Positions 27,015 to 36,500 of a stretch of DNA of 64,000 nt are shown here, one piece after another (the stretch's first letter is position 1; the number at the start of each line of letters is the position of its first letter). The translations under genes were made by a program, and so were the position numbers. The stretch comes from Scyliorhinus canicula (taxonomy: Eukaryota), in the NCBI RefSeq assembly GCF_902713615.1, contig NC_052153.1, positions 142,553,772 to 142,617,771 of the forward strand. The letters are read 5' to 3'. The notes beneath the pieces were generated by a model that was not told the origin of the DNA, made no database searches, and saw only the letters and a program-made list of their open reading frames with translations.

Positions 27015-27279
27015 GAAGATTTCTATAGTGAAGATGCTGCTGTCTGTCACTGCGTCCTCCTCTCTCTCGCTCTATAAGATGCTGCTGTCTGTCACTGGGT
27101 CCTCCTCTCTCCCGCTCTATAAGATGCTGCTGTCTGTCACTGGGTCCTCCTCTCTCCCACTCTATAAGATGCTGCTGTCTGTCACTGGGTCCTCCTCTCT
27201 CCCGCTCTATAAGATGCTGCTGTCTGTCACTGAGTCCTCTCTGGACTGGACAGCTCGATACGATGCTGCTGTCTGTCAC
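25606..27279 (-). CDS. Open frame: about 83 aa translated minisatellite and filler fused to CR1 RT and C-terminus; no endonuclease; expression not shown
   Basis: NYRPVSLTS, QHGF, DFQKAFDKVPH, GVPQGSVLGP, FADD; the listed start is GTG; first in-frame ATG is at 26880 (424 aa to stop). Confidence 0.55.
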   Translation of the reverse strand: MTDSSIVSSCPVQRGLSDRQQHLIERERGGPSDRQQHLIEWERGGPSDRQQHLIERERGGPSDRQQHLIERERGGRSDRQQHLHYRNLHRNSLDSGVVPVDWKLANVTPLFKKGGRQKAGNYRPVSLTSVIGKMLESIIKEEIARHLDRNCPIGQTQHGFVKGRSCLTNLVEFFEDITSAVDNGEPMDVVYLDFQKAFDKVPHKRLLHKIKMHGIKGKVVAWIEDWLINRKQRVGINGCFSGWQSVASGVPQGSVLGPQLFTIYIDDLELGTKGNVSKFADDTKMSGKAKSAEDTGSLQRDLDRLSEWARVWQMEYNVDKCEVIHFGRNNSKRDYYLNDKILKHAAVQRDLGVLVHESQKVGLQVQQVIKKANGILSFIARGMEFKTREVMLQLYKVLVRPHLEYCVQFWSPYLRKDVLALEGVQRRFTRLIPELKGLDYEERLSRLGLYSLEFRRMRGDLIETFKIMKGIDRIDAGRLFPLAGDSRTRGHSLKIRGSRFRTEFRRNFFTQRVVNLWNSLPSEAVEAPSLHVFKVKIDSFLKNKGIKGYGVRAGKWS

Positions 27280-28357
27280 TGTGTCCCCCTCCTTCCCGAT
27301 CCCCTTCTTTCCCGCTCTATAAGACGCTGCTGTCTGTCACTGAGCCCTCCTCTCTCTCCCGCACTATAAGATGCTGCTGTCTGTCACTGAATCCTCTCTC
27401 CCGCTCTATAAGATGCTGCTGTCTGTCACTGGGTCCACCTCTCTCCCGCTCTATAAGATGCTGCTGTTTGTCGCTGGGTCCTCCTCTCTCCCGCTCTATA
27501 AGATGCTGCTGTCTGTCACTGAGTCCCCCTCTCTCTCGCTCTATAAGATGCTGCTGTCTGTCACTTTGTCCTCCTCTCTCCCGCTCTATAAGATGCTGCT
27601 GACTGACACCGAGTCCTCCTCTCTCCTGCTCTATAAGATGCTGCTGTCTGTCACTGAGTCCTCCTCTCTCCCACTCGATAAGATGCTGCTGTCTTACTGG
27701 TTACCCCTCTCTCTGGCTCTATAAGATGCTGCTGTCTGTTACTGGTTACCCCTCTCTCTGGCTCTATAAGATGTTGCTGTCTGTCACTGAGTCCTCCTCT
27801 CTCCCACTCTATAAGATGCTGCTGTCTGTTACTGGTTACCCCTCTCTCTGGCTCTATAAGATGTTGCTGTCTGTCACTGAGTCCTCCTCTCTCCCGCTCT
27901 ATAAGATCCTGCTGTCTGTCACTGAGTCCTCCTCGCTCCTGCTCTATAAGATGCTGCTGTCTGTCACTGAGTCCTCCTCTCTCCCGCACTATAAGATGCT
28001 GCTGTCTGTCACTGAGTCCTCCTCTCTCTTGCTCTATAAGATGCTGCTGTCTGTCACTGAGTCCCCCTCTCTCCCGCTCTATAAGATGCTGCTGTCTGTC
28101 ACTGAGTCCCCCTCTCTCCCGCTCTATAAGATGCTGCTGTCTGTCACTGAGTCCACCTCTCTCCCGCTCTATAAGATGCTGCTGTCTGTCACTGAGTCCT
28201 CCTCTCTCCCGCTCTATAAGATGCAGCTGTCTGTCACTGAGTCCTCCTCTTTCCCGCTCTATAAGATGCTGCTGTCTGTCACTGAGTCCCCCTCTCTCCC
28301 GCTCTATAAGATGCCGCTCTCTGTCACTGAGTCCCCCTCTCTCCCGCTCTATAAGAT

Positions 28358-29857
28358 AAGAACATAAGAACTAGGAGCAGGAGTAGGCCATCTGGCCCCT
28401 CGAGCCTGCTCCGCCATTCAATTAGATCATGGCTGATCTTTTGTGGACTCAGCTCCACTTTCCGGCCCGAACACCATAACCCTTAATCCCTTTATTCTTC
28501 AAAAAACTATCTATCTTTACCTTAAAAACATGTAATGAAGGAGCCTCAACTGCTTCACTGGGCAAGGAATTCCATAGATTCACAACCCTTTGGGTGAAGA
28601 AGTTCCTCCTAAACTCAGTCCTAAATCTACTTCCCCTTATTTTGAGGCTATGCCCCCTAGTTCTGCTGTCACCCGCCAGTGGAAACAACCTGCCCGCATC
28701 TATCCTATCTATTCCCTTCATAATTTTAAATGTTTCTATAAGATCCCCCCTCATCCTTCTAAATTCCAACGAGTACAGTCCCAGTCTACTCAACCTCTCC
28801 TCATAATCCAACCCCTTCAGCTCTGGGATTAACCTAGTGAATCTCCTCTGCACACCCTCCAGCGCCAGTACGTCCTTTCTCAAGTAAGGAGACCAAAACT
28901 GAACACAATACTCCAGGTGTGGCCGCACTAACACCTTATACAATTGCAACATAACATCCCTAGTCTTAAACTCCATCCCTCTTGCAATGAAGGACAAAAT
29001 TCCATTTGCCTTCTTAATCACCTGTTGCACTTGTAAACCAACCTTCTGTGACTCATGCACTAGCACACCCAAGTCTCTCTGAACAGCGGCATGCTTTAAT
29101 ATTTTATCGTTTAAATAATAATCCCGTTTGCTGTTATTCCTACCAAAATGGATAACCTCACATTTGTCAACATTATATTCCATCTGCCAGACCCGAGCCC
29201 ATTCACTTAACCTATCCAAATCCCTCTGCAGACTTCCAGTATCCTCTGCACTTTTCGCTTTACCACTCATCTTAGTGTCATCTGCAAACTTGGACACATT
29301 GCCCTTGGTCCCCAACTCCAAATCATCAATGTAAATTGTGAACAATTGTGGGCCCAACACGGATCCCTGAGGGACACCACTAGCTACTGATTGCCAACCA
29401 GAGAAACACCCATTTATCCCAACTCTTTGCTTTCTATTAATTAACCAATCCTCTATCCATGCTACTACTTTACCCTTAATGCCATGCATCTTTATCTTAT
29501 GCAGCAACCTTTTGTGTGGCACCTTGTCAAAGGCTTTCTGGAAATCCAGATATACCACATCCATCGGCTCCCCGTTATCTACTGCACTGGTAATGTCCTC
29601 AAAAAATTCCACTAAATTAGTTAGGCATGACCTGCCTTTTACGAACCCATGCTGTGTCTGCCCAATGGGACAATTTCTATCCAGATGCCTCGCAATTTCT
29701 TCCTTGATGATAGATTCCAGCATCTTCCCTATTACCGAAGTTAAACTCACTGGCCTATAATTTCCTGCTTTCTGCCTACCTCCTTTTTTAAACAGTGGCG
29801 TCACGTTTGCTAATTTCCAATCCACTGGGACCACACCAGAGTCTAGTGAATTTCGGT
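28358..29857 (-). mobile_element. Young 5'-truncated CR1 LINE, copy 2
   Basis: Same junctions as copy 1; only a few substitutions. Confidence 0.97.
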
Positions 29858-30122
29858 GAAGATTTCTATAGTGAAGATGCTGCTGTCTGTCACTGCGTCC
29901 TCCTCTCTCTCGCTCTATAAGATGCTGTTGTCTGTCACTGGGTCCTCCTCTCTCCCGCTCTATAAGATGCTGCTGTCTGTCACTGGGTCCTCCTCTCTCC
30001 CGCTCTATAAGATGCTGCTGTCTGTCACTGGGTCCTCCTCTCTCCCGCTCTATAAGATGCTGCTGTCTGTCACTGAGTCCTCTCTGGACTGGACAGCTCG
30101 ATACGATGCTGCTGTCTGTCAC
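28449..30122 (-). CDS. Duplicate minisatellite-CR1 RT open frame
   Basis: 557 aa; differs from copy 1 at W/R in the repeat part and E/D in KTR(E/D)V. Confidence 0.55.
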   Translation of the reverse strand: MTDSSIVSSCPVQRGLSDRQQHLIERERGGPSDRQQHLIERERGGPSDRQQHLIERERGGPSDRQQHLIERERGGRSDRQQHLHYRNLHRNSLDSGVVPVDWKLANVTPLFKKGGRQKAGNYRPVSLTSVIGKMLESIIKEEIARHLDRNCPIGQTQHGFVKGRSCLTNLVEFFEDITSAVDNGEPMDVVYLDFQKAFDKVPHKRLLHKIKMHGIKGKVVAWIEDWLINRKQRVGINGCFSGWQSVASGVPQGSVLGPQLFTIYIDDLELGTKGNVSKFADDTKMSGKAKSAEDTGSLQRDLDRLSEWARVWQMEYNVDKCEVIHFGRNNSKRDYYLNDKILKHAAVQRDLGVLVHESQKVGLQVQQVIKKANGILSFIARGMEFKTRDVMLQLYKVLVRPHLEYCVQFWSPYLRKDVLALEGVQRRFTRLIPELKGLDYEERLSRLGLYSLEFRRMRGDLIETFKIMKGIDRIDAGRLFPLAGDSRTRGHSLKIRGSRFRTEFRRNFFTQRVVNLWNSLPSEAVEAPSLHVFKVKIDSFLKNKGIKGYGVRAGKWS

Positions 30123-31259
30123 TGTGTCCCCCTCCTTCCCGATCCCCTTCTTTCCCGCTCTATAAGACGCTGCTGTCTGTCACTGAGCCCTCCTCTCTCT
30201 CCCGCACTATAAGATGCTGCTGTCTGTCACTGAATCCTCTCTCCCGCTCTATAAGATGCTGCTGTCTGTCACTGGGTCCACCTCTCTCCCGCTCTATAAG
30301 ATGCTGCTGTTTGTCGCTGGGTCCTCCTCTCTCCCGCTCTATAAGATGCTGCTGTCTGTCACTGAGTCCCCCTCTCTCTCGCTCTATAAGATGCTGCTGT
30401 CTGTCACTTTGTCCTCCTCTCTCCCGCTCTATAAGATGCTGCTGACTGACACCGAGTCCTCCTCTCTCCTGCTCTATAAGATGCTGCTGTCTGTCACTGA
30501 GTCCTCCTCTCTCCCACTCGATAAGATGCTGCTGTCTTACTGGTTACCCCTCTCTCTGGCTCTATAAGATGCTGCTGTCTGTTACTGGTTACCCCTCTCT
30601 CTGGCTCTATAAGATGTTGCTGTCTGTCACTGAGTCCTCCTCTCTCCCACTCTATAAGATGCTGCTGTCTGTTACTGGTTACCCCTCTCTCTGGCTCTAT
30701 AAGATGTTGCTGTCTGTCACTGAGTCCTCCTCTCTCCCGCTCTATAAGATCCTGCTGTCTGTCACTGAGTCCTCCTCTCTCCCGCTCTATAAGATCCTGC
30801 TGTCTGTCACTGAGTCCCCCTCTCTCCCGCTCTATAAGATGCTGCTGTCTGTCACTGAGTCCTCCTCGCTCCTGCTCTATAAGATGCTGCTGTCTGTCAC
30901 TGAGTCCCCCTCTCTCCCGCTCTATAAGATGCTGCTGTCTGTCACTGGGTCCTCCTCTCTCCCGCTCTATAAGATGCTGCTGTCTGTCACTGGGTCCTCC
31001 TATCTCTCGCTCTGTAAGATGCTGCTGTCTGTCACTGGGTCCTCCTCTGTCCCGCTCTATAAGATGCTGCTATCTGTCACTGTGACCCCTCTCTCCTGCT
31101 CTAGAAAATGCTGCTGTCTGTCACTGAGTCCTCCTCTCTCTCGCTCTATAAGATGCTGCTGTCTGTCACTGGGTCCTCCTCTCTATTGCTCTATGAGACG
31201 CTGCTGTGTGTCACTGGGTCCTCCTCTCTATTGCTCTTTAAGATGCTGCTGTTTAAGAT

Positions 31260-31445
31260 GTGGAACATTACTTGCAATCAATTGAGAAGGGAGTTGGGGC
31301 TCCAGTTAAAATCTCACCTAAAATTCAGCATTCCTTCATTACTGCATCGACCTATTAACCCAACTCATCTGGTCAAACCTGAGATTTGCCTTAAACCTTC
31401 AACCCACTGACCCATAGTTAAAAATGCGACCAGTAATCGAAGTCA
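31260..31445 (-). mobile_element. Degenerate 5' half of a DeuSINE-like (SacSINE1/AmnSINE1-related) element
   Basis: GGGGCTCCAGTTAAAATCTCACC...CAGCATTCCTTCATTACTGCA...CCTTAAACCTTCAACCCACTGAC resembles the reverse complement of the DeuSINE head as I recall it; not aligned. Confidence 0.4.
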
Positions 31446-32518
31446 ACAATGGCTGCCCAATTTTAACTCACTCAAAATCCATTGACTTGCACCAAGTCAA
31501 AACCAGGCCCCAACTACAATAGGAGCCGTAAAGATATTAATATCCTCGATTGAAGAAATACGTTTTGAAAGGCCAACAAGGTTTATTTAACTCCAGGCTT
31601 TTTATACTTTTTTGAGCCAGTTATCATTTCCTTTTGTATAATTTTATGTTTTTTGAACACTCTCCAACTATTTGAATTGCATGGAAGTCACAATATTTTG
31701 ATTGCAAAATGTGTGAAAAAATAACAGTCAGTAACACCTATTGAAACATGCTTCTGAATAATACAACCTTGATTGAAGTAGTTCAGCACATTGACGCTTC
31801 TGAGATCAGGCACGTTGGATTAGGCTTTTGTTATCAGAACTGCTGGGAGGGGCTGGGTCAGAAGGGTTTGGTCAGAGGATCATGGGGATCTCAGGAGTTG
31901 GGCTTTCCCCACATCATGTGGAATTTTCCACAGCATCTGTAATAAAAGCACTGTTTGGTTCCTCAACTCACAACCTGGCTCCCAGTTGGGACGTAGCCTG
32001 CTCAGCAAAGGCTGTCATAAATAAGCAAGGATTTAGCCAACGGTTACAAAGCACCATAGACATCTCCCCCATTACAGAGAGAGACAATAAGTTATGTATT
32101 GCTGCAGGTCCAGGTAAAACACTGCTGGATGGGTTGGAACGATTGGGACATGTGGGGGATTGGCCAATCATGGGGGCATTTGCAGTTGGTCAAGCAGGAT
32201 GGGGATGTGGGAGTGGTAAAGGTTAGAAGATAGATTAATCAGGAGGTGGGTGGAGGGTTGATGGGGCAGAAATCAATCAGGTGGGCCATCGATTCTGAGA
32301 TTCCATCGTGGTGGAGATCAAAGGCCCACAGAAAAATGGTTGGGGCCCTGAAGAGAGGTTGGGGGGTGATGGAGTTGGGGGGATGAACTTGAAGATATGG
32401 GGGAAATCAGGAATCAGGGGGCCCTGTTAGGAGGCCAATGGGGAGATTGGGACTTTGGATCAAAAAGACAATTATATTGAAAAAATCTCAAATAGCAAGC
32501 CAGGATGTAAAATACACT

Positions 32519-32935
32519 GGACGCGATCTAATCAAAGGGAATTATGTCGAGCGCGTTTAACCGCGTGCACTCCAGCGCTCACAACGGCGAGAAACACAAT
32601 GTTATCTAACATAACTCCGGTTAGAAATGGGCCGTAGCAGGGAATGCGCAGCTGAGGCCGCACTTAGTCCCATTTCCCACACTGAGGAGCCCTTCCTCGC
32701 CAAAACTCCTCAGTGCAGGAAGAGACCAGGATGTAATTTCACCTTGGCAGTGCATGATTGGCACCAAGGTGGCACAGCCAAGGTGTTAGGCTGACAGCAT
32801 CAGGATGCCCAGGTGGCACCAGCAGTACCAGGGTACTACCCTGGCCAGAGGGCATGCCCCTGGGGGCCTCCAATCACCTGGGAGACCCCACAATTGTCAT
32901 GCCATCTGATCCCATTGGGGAGACCAGTGGTGAAT
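32519..32935. mobile_element. TIR element fragment of the same family as 63274-63642, opposite orientation
   Basis: Starts GGACGCGATCTAA; CTCGCCAAAACTCCTCAGTGCAGG here matches the reverse complement of CCTGCACTGAGGAGTTCCGGCGAG at about 63501. Confidence 0.6.
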
Positions 32936-32943
32936 GGTGCTTT

Positions 32944-33218
32944 AATAATAATAATCTTTATGAGTGTCACAAGTAGGCTCACATCAACACTGCAATGAAG
33001 TTATTGTGAACAGCCCCTAGTTGCCACATCCGGCGCCTGTTTGGGTGCACTGTGGGATAATTCAGAATGTCCAATTCACCTAACAGCGTGTCTTTTGGGA
33101 CTTGCAGGTGGAGAAAACTCACGCAGACACAGGAAGAATGTGCAGACTCTGCACAAACAGTGACCCAAGCCAGGAATCAAACCTGGGACCGTGGCTAACC
33201 ACTGTGCTAATGTGCCAC
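32944..33218 (-). mobile_element. HE1-like SINE with the alternative (ATT)n-ending tail
   Basis: AATAATAATAATCTTTAT..GTCACAAGTAGGCT...GCAATGAAGTTA tail followed by the SINE core and head. Confidence 0.8.
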
Positions 33219-33539
33219 TCACCTGAGGTTTCCAAGACAAATGGGTAGATCCCAATGCCTTGGTTAGATCTTGGGAATGCACATTAGTGTGAAACTAGCT
33301 TTCTCACTCTAATATGCAGGTTTGCTGAAAGGTGACCCCACCCACATTGAGCTGGCTTCACTTCGTGACAGTTCCGACCACAGTGTGACTGCTTTTTGGG
33401 AGCAGCATGATAAGTGGATCCGGCCCACTGTATATGTTATAAAAGATTGGGTCAAACATAGGAAATGTGGTGGAAGTTCAAACAGCATAAACAAATTTCT
33501 GAAAAAATATTGGTCGTAATTCTTCTTTTGGGAGATTAA

Positions 33540-33572
33540 GGGCTGGATTCTCCGTTCCCTGACACCAATTTT
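33540..33572 (+). mobile_element. Isolated MITE end (TIR) abutting minisatellite array B
   Basis: GGGCTGGATTCTCC is the exact reverse complement of the TIR ending at 8157. Confidence 0.6.
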
Positions 33573-36500
33573 GTAACAGACAGCAGCATCTTGACGAGTG
33601 GGAGAGAGAAGGGCACAGAGACAGACAGCAGGATCTGATCGAACGGGAGAGAGGAGGACCCAGTGACAGACAGCAGCATCTTATAGAGGGGGAGAGAGGA
33701 GGACTCAGTGACAGACAGCAGCATCTTATAGAGCGGGAGAGAGGGGGACTCAGTGACAGACAGCAGGATCTGATCGAACGGGAGAGAGGAGGACTCAGTG
33801 ACAGACAGCAGGATCTGATCGAACGGGAGAGAGGAGGATTCAGTGACACACAGCAGCATCTTATAGAGCGAGAGAGAGGAGGACTCAGTGACAGACAGCA
33901 GCATCTTAAAGAGCGGGAGAGAGGGGGAACACAGTGACAAACAGCAGCATCTTATAGAGCGGGAGAGAGGAGGACTCAGCGACAGACAGCAGCATCTTAT
34001 AGAGCGGGAGAGAGGAGGACCCAGTGACAGACAGCAGCATCTTAGAGAGCGGGAGAGAGGGGGAACACAGTGACAAACAGCAGCATCTTATAGAGCGGGA
34101 GAGAGGAGGACTCAGTGACAGAGAGCAGCATCTTATAGAGCGGGAGAGAGGAGGACCCAGTGACAGACAGCAGCATCTTATTGAGCGAGAGGAGGACCCA
34201 GTGACAGACAGCAGCATCTTATAGAGCAGGAGAGAGGAGGACCCAGTGACAGACAGCAGCATCTTATAGAGCAGGAGAGAGGAGGACCCAGTGACAGACA
34301 GCAGCATCTTATAGAGCGGGAGAGAGGGGGAACTCAGTGACAGGCAGCAGCATCTAATAGAGCAGGAGAGAGGAGGACTCGGTGACAGACAGCAGCATCT
34401 TATAGAGGGGGAGAAAGGGGGACCCAGTGACAGGCAGCAGGATCTGATCGAACGGGAGAGAGGAGGACCCAGTGACAGACAGCAGCATCTTATAGAGCGG
34501 GAGAGAGGGGGAACTCAGTGACAGACAGCAGCATCTTATAGAGCGAAAGGAGGACCCAGTGACAGACAGCAGCATCTTATAGAGCGAGAGAGAGGAGGAC
34601 CCAGTGACAGACAGCAGCATCTTATAGAGCGGGAGAGAGGGGGAACTCAGTGACAGACAGCAGCATCTTATAGAGCGAGAGGAGGACCCAGTGACAGACA
34701 GCAGCATCTTATAGAGCGAGAGAGAGGAGGACTCAGTGTCAGACAGTAGCATCGTATAGAGCGGGAGAGAGGAGGACCCAGTGACAGACAGCAGCATCTT
34801 ATAGAGCGGGAGAGAGGGAAACCCAGTGACAGACAGCAGCATCGTATAGAGTAGGAGAGAGGGGAACTCAGTGACAGACAGCAGCATCTTATAGAGCGAG
34901 AGAGAGGAGGACCCAGTGACAGACAGCAGCATCTTATAGAGCGAGAGAGAGGAGGACCCAGTGACAGACAGCAGCATCTTATAGAGCGAGAGAGAGGAGG
35001 ACCCAGTGACAGACAGCAGCATCTTATCGAGCGGGAGAGAGGGGGACTCAGTGACAGACAGGAGCATCTTATAGTGGGGGAGAGAGGGGGACCCAGTGAC
35101 AGACAGCAGCATCTTATAGAGCAAGAGAGAGGAGGACCCAGTGACAGACAGCAGCATCTTATAGAGCAGGAGAGAGGGGGACCCAGTGACAGACAGCAGC
35201 ATCTTATAGACCAGGAGAGAGGAGGACACAGTGACAGACAGCAGCATCTTATGGAGCGGGAGGAGGACCCAGTGACAGGCAGCAGCATCTAATAGAGCAG
35301 GAGAGAGGGGGACTCAGTGACAGACAGCAGCATCTTATAGAGCAGGAGAGAGGAGGACTCAGTGACAGACAGGAGCATCTTATAGTGGGGGAGAGAGGGG
35401 GACCCAGTGACAGACAGCAGCATCTTATAGACCAGGAGAGAGGAGGACTCAGTGACAGACAGCAGCATCTTACTGAGCAGGAGAGGGGAGGACACAGTGA
35501 CAGACAGCAGCATCTTATAGAGCGAGAGAGAGGGGGAACCAGTGACAGACAGCAGCATCTTATAGAGCGGGAGAGAGGGGGACTCAGTGGCAGACAGCAG
35601 CATCTTATAGAGCGGGAGAGAGGGGGACTCAGTGGCAGACAGCAGCATCTTATAGAGCGGGAGAGAGGAGGACTCAGTGACAGAGAGCAGCATCATATAG
35701 AGCGAGAGAGAGGAGGACCAGTTACAGAGAGCAGCATCTTACTGAGCGGGAGAGGGGAGGACACAGTGACAGACAGCAGCATCTTATAGAGCGAGAGAGA
35801 GGGGGAACCAGTGACAGACAGCAGCATCTTATAGAGCGAGAGAGTGGAGGACCCAGTGACAGACAGCAGCATCTTATAGAGCAGGAGAGAGGGGGACTCA
35901 GTGACAGACAGCAGCATCTTATAGAGCGAGAGAGAGGAGGACCCAGTGACAGACAGCAGCATCTTACAGAGCGGGAGAGGGGAGGACCCAGTGACAGACA
36001 GCAGCATCTTATAGAGCGGGAGAGAGGGAAACCCAGTGACAGACAGCAGCATCGTATAGAGTAGGAGAGAGGGGAACTCAGTGACAGACAGCAGCATCTT
36101 ATAGAGCGAGAGAGAGGAGGACCCAGTGACAGACAGCAGCATCTTATAGAGCGAGAGAGAGGAGGACCCAGTGACAGACAGCAGCATCTTATAGAGCGAG
36201 AGAGAGGAGGACCCAGTGACAGACAGCAGCATCTTATCGAGCGGGAGAGAGGGGGACTCAGTGACAGACAGGAGCATCTTATAGTGGGGGAGAGAGGGGG
36301 ACCCAGTGACAGACAGCAGCATCTTATAGAGCAAGAGAGAGGAGGACCCAGTGACAGACAGCAGCATCTTATAGAGCAGGAGAGAGGGGGACCCAGTGAC
36401 AGACAGCAGCATCTTATAGACCAGGAGAGAGGAGGACACAGTGACAGACAGCAGCATCTTATGGAGCGGGAGGAGGACCCAGTGACAGGCAGCAGCATCT

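Larger units (their letters stand above)
25105..30785 (+). repeat. Tandem segmental duplication, 2 x 2843 bp (minisatellite plus CR1)
   Basis: Every ORF recurs at +2843 (25606/28449, 27013/29856, 27371/30214); the order of variant units is shared from about 25108/27951 to about 27935/30778. Confidence 0.95.
24411..31255 (+). repeat. 45-bp minisatellite array A (about 85 units), interrupted by two CR1 copies
   Basis: Unit about CTATAAGATGCTGCTGTCTGTCACTGAGTCCTCCTCTCTCCCGCT; 15-aa periodicity in the ORF track. Confidence 0.98.

Noticed and set aside
25606-30122. Diversity-generating retroelement, retron or telomerase-like RT system
   Set aside because: The RT is a typical CR1 ORF2 with its own 3' tail, TSD and 5' truncation; repeat variation is not adenine-specific; no template/variable repeat pair or msr-msd structure was seen
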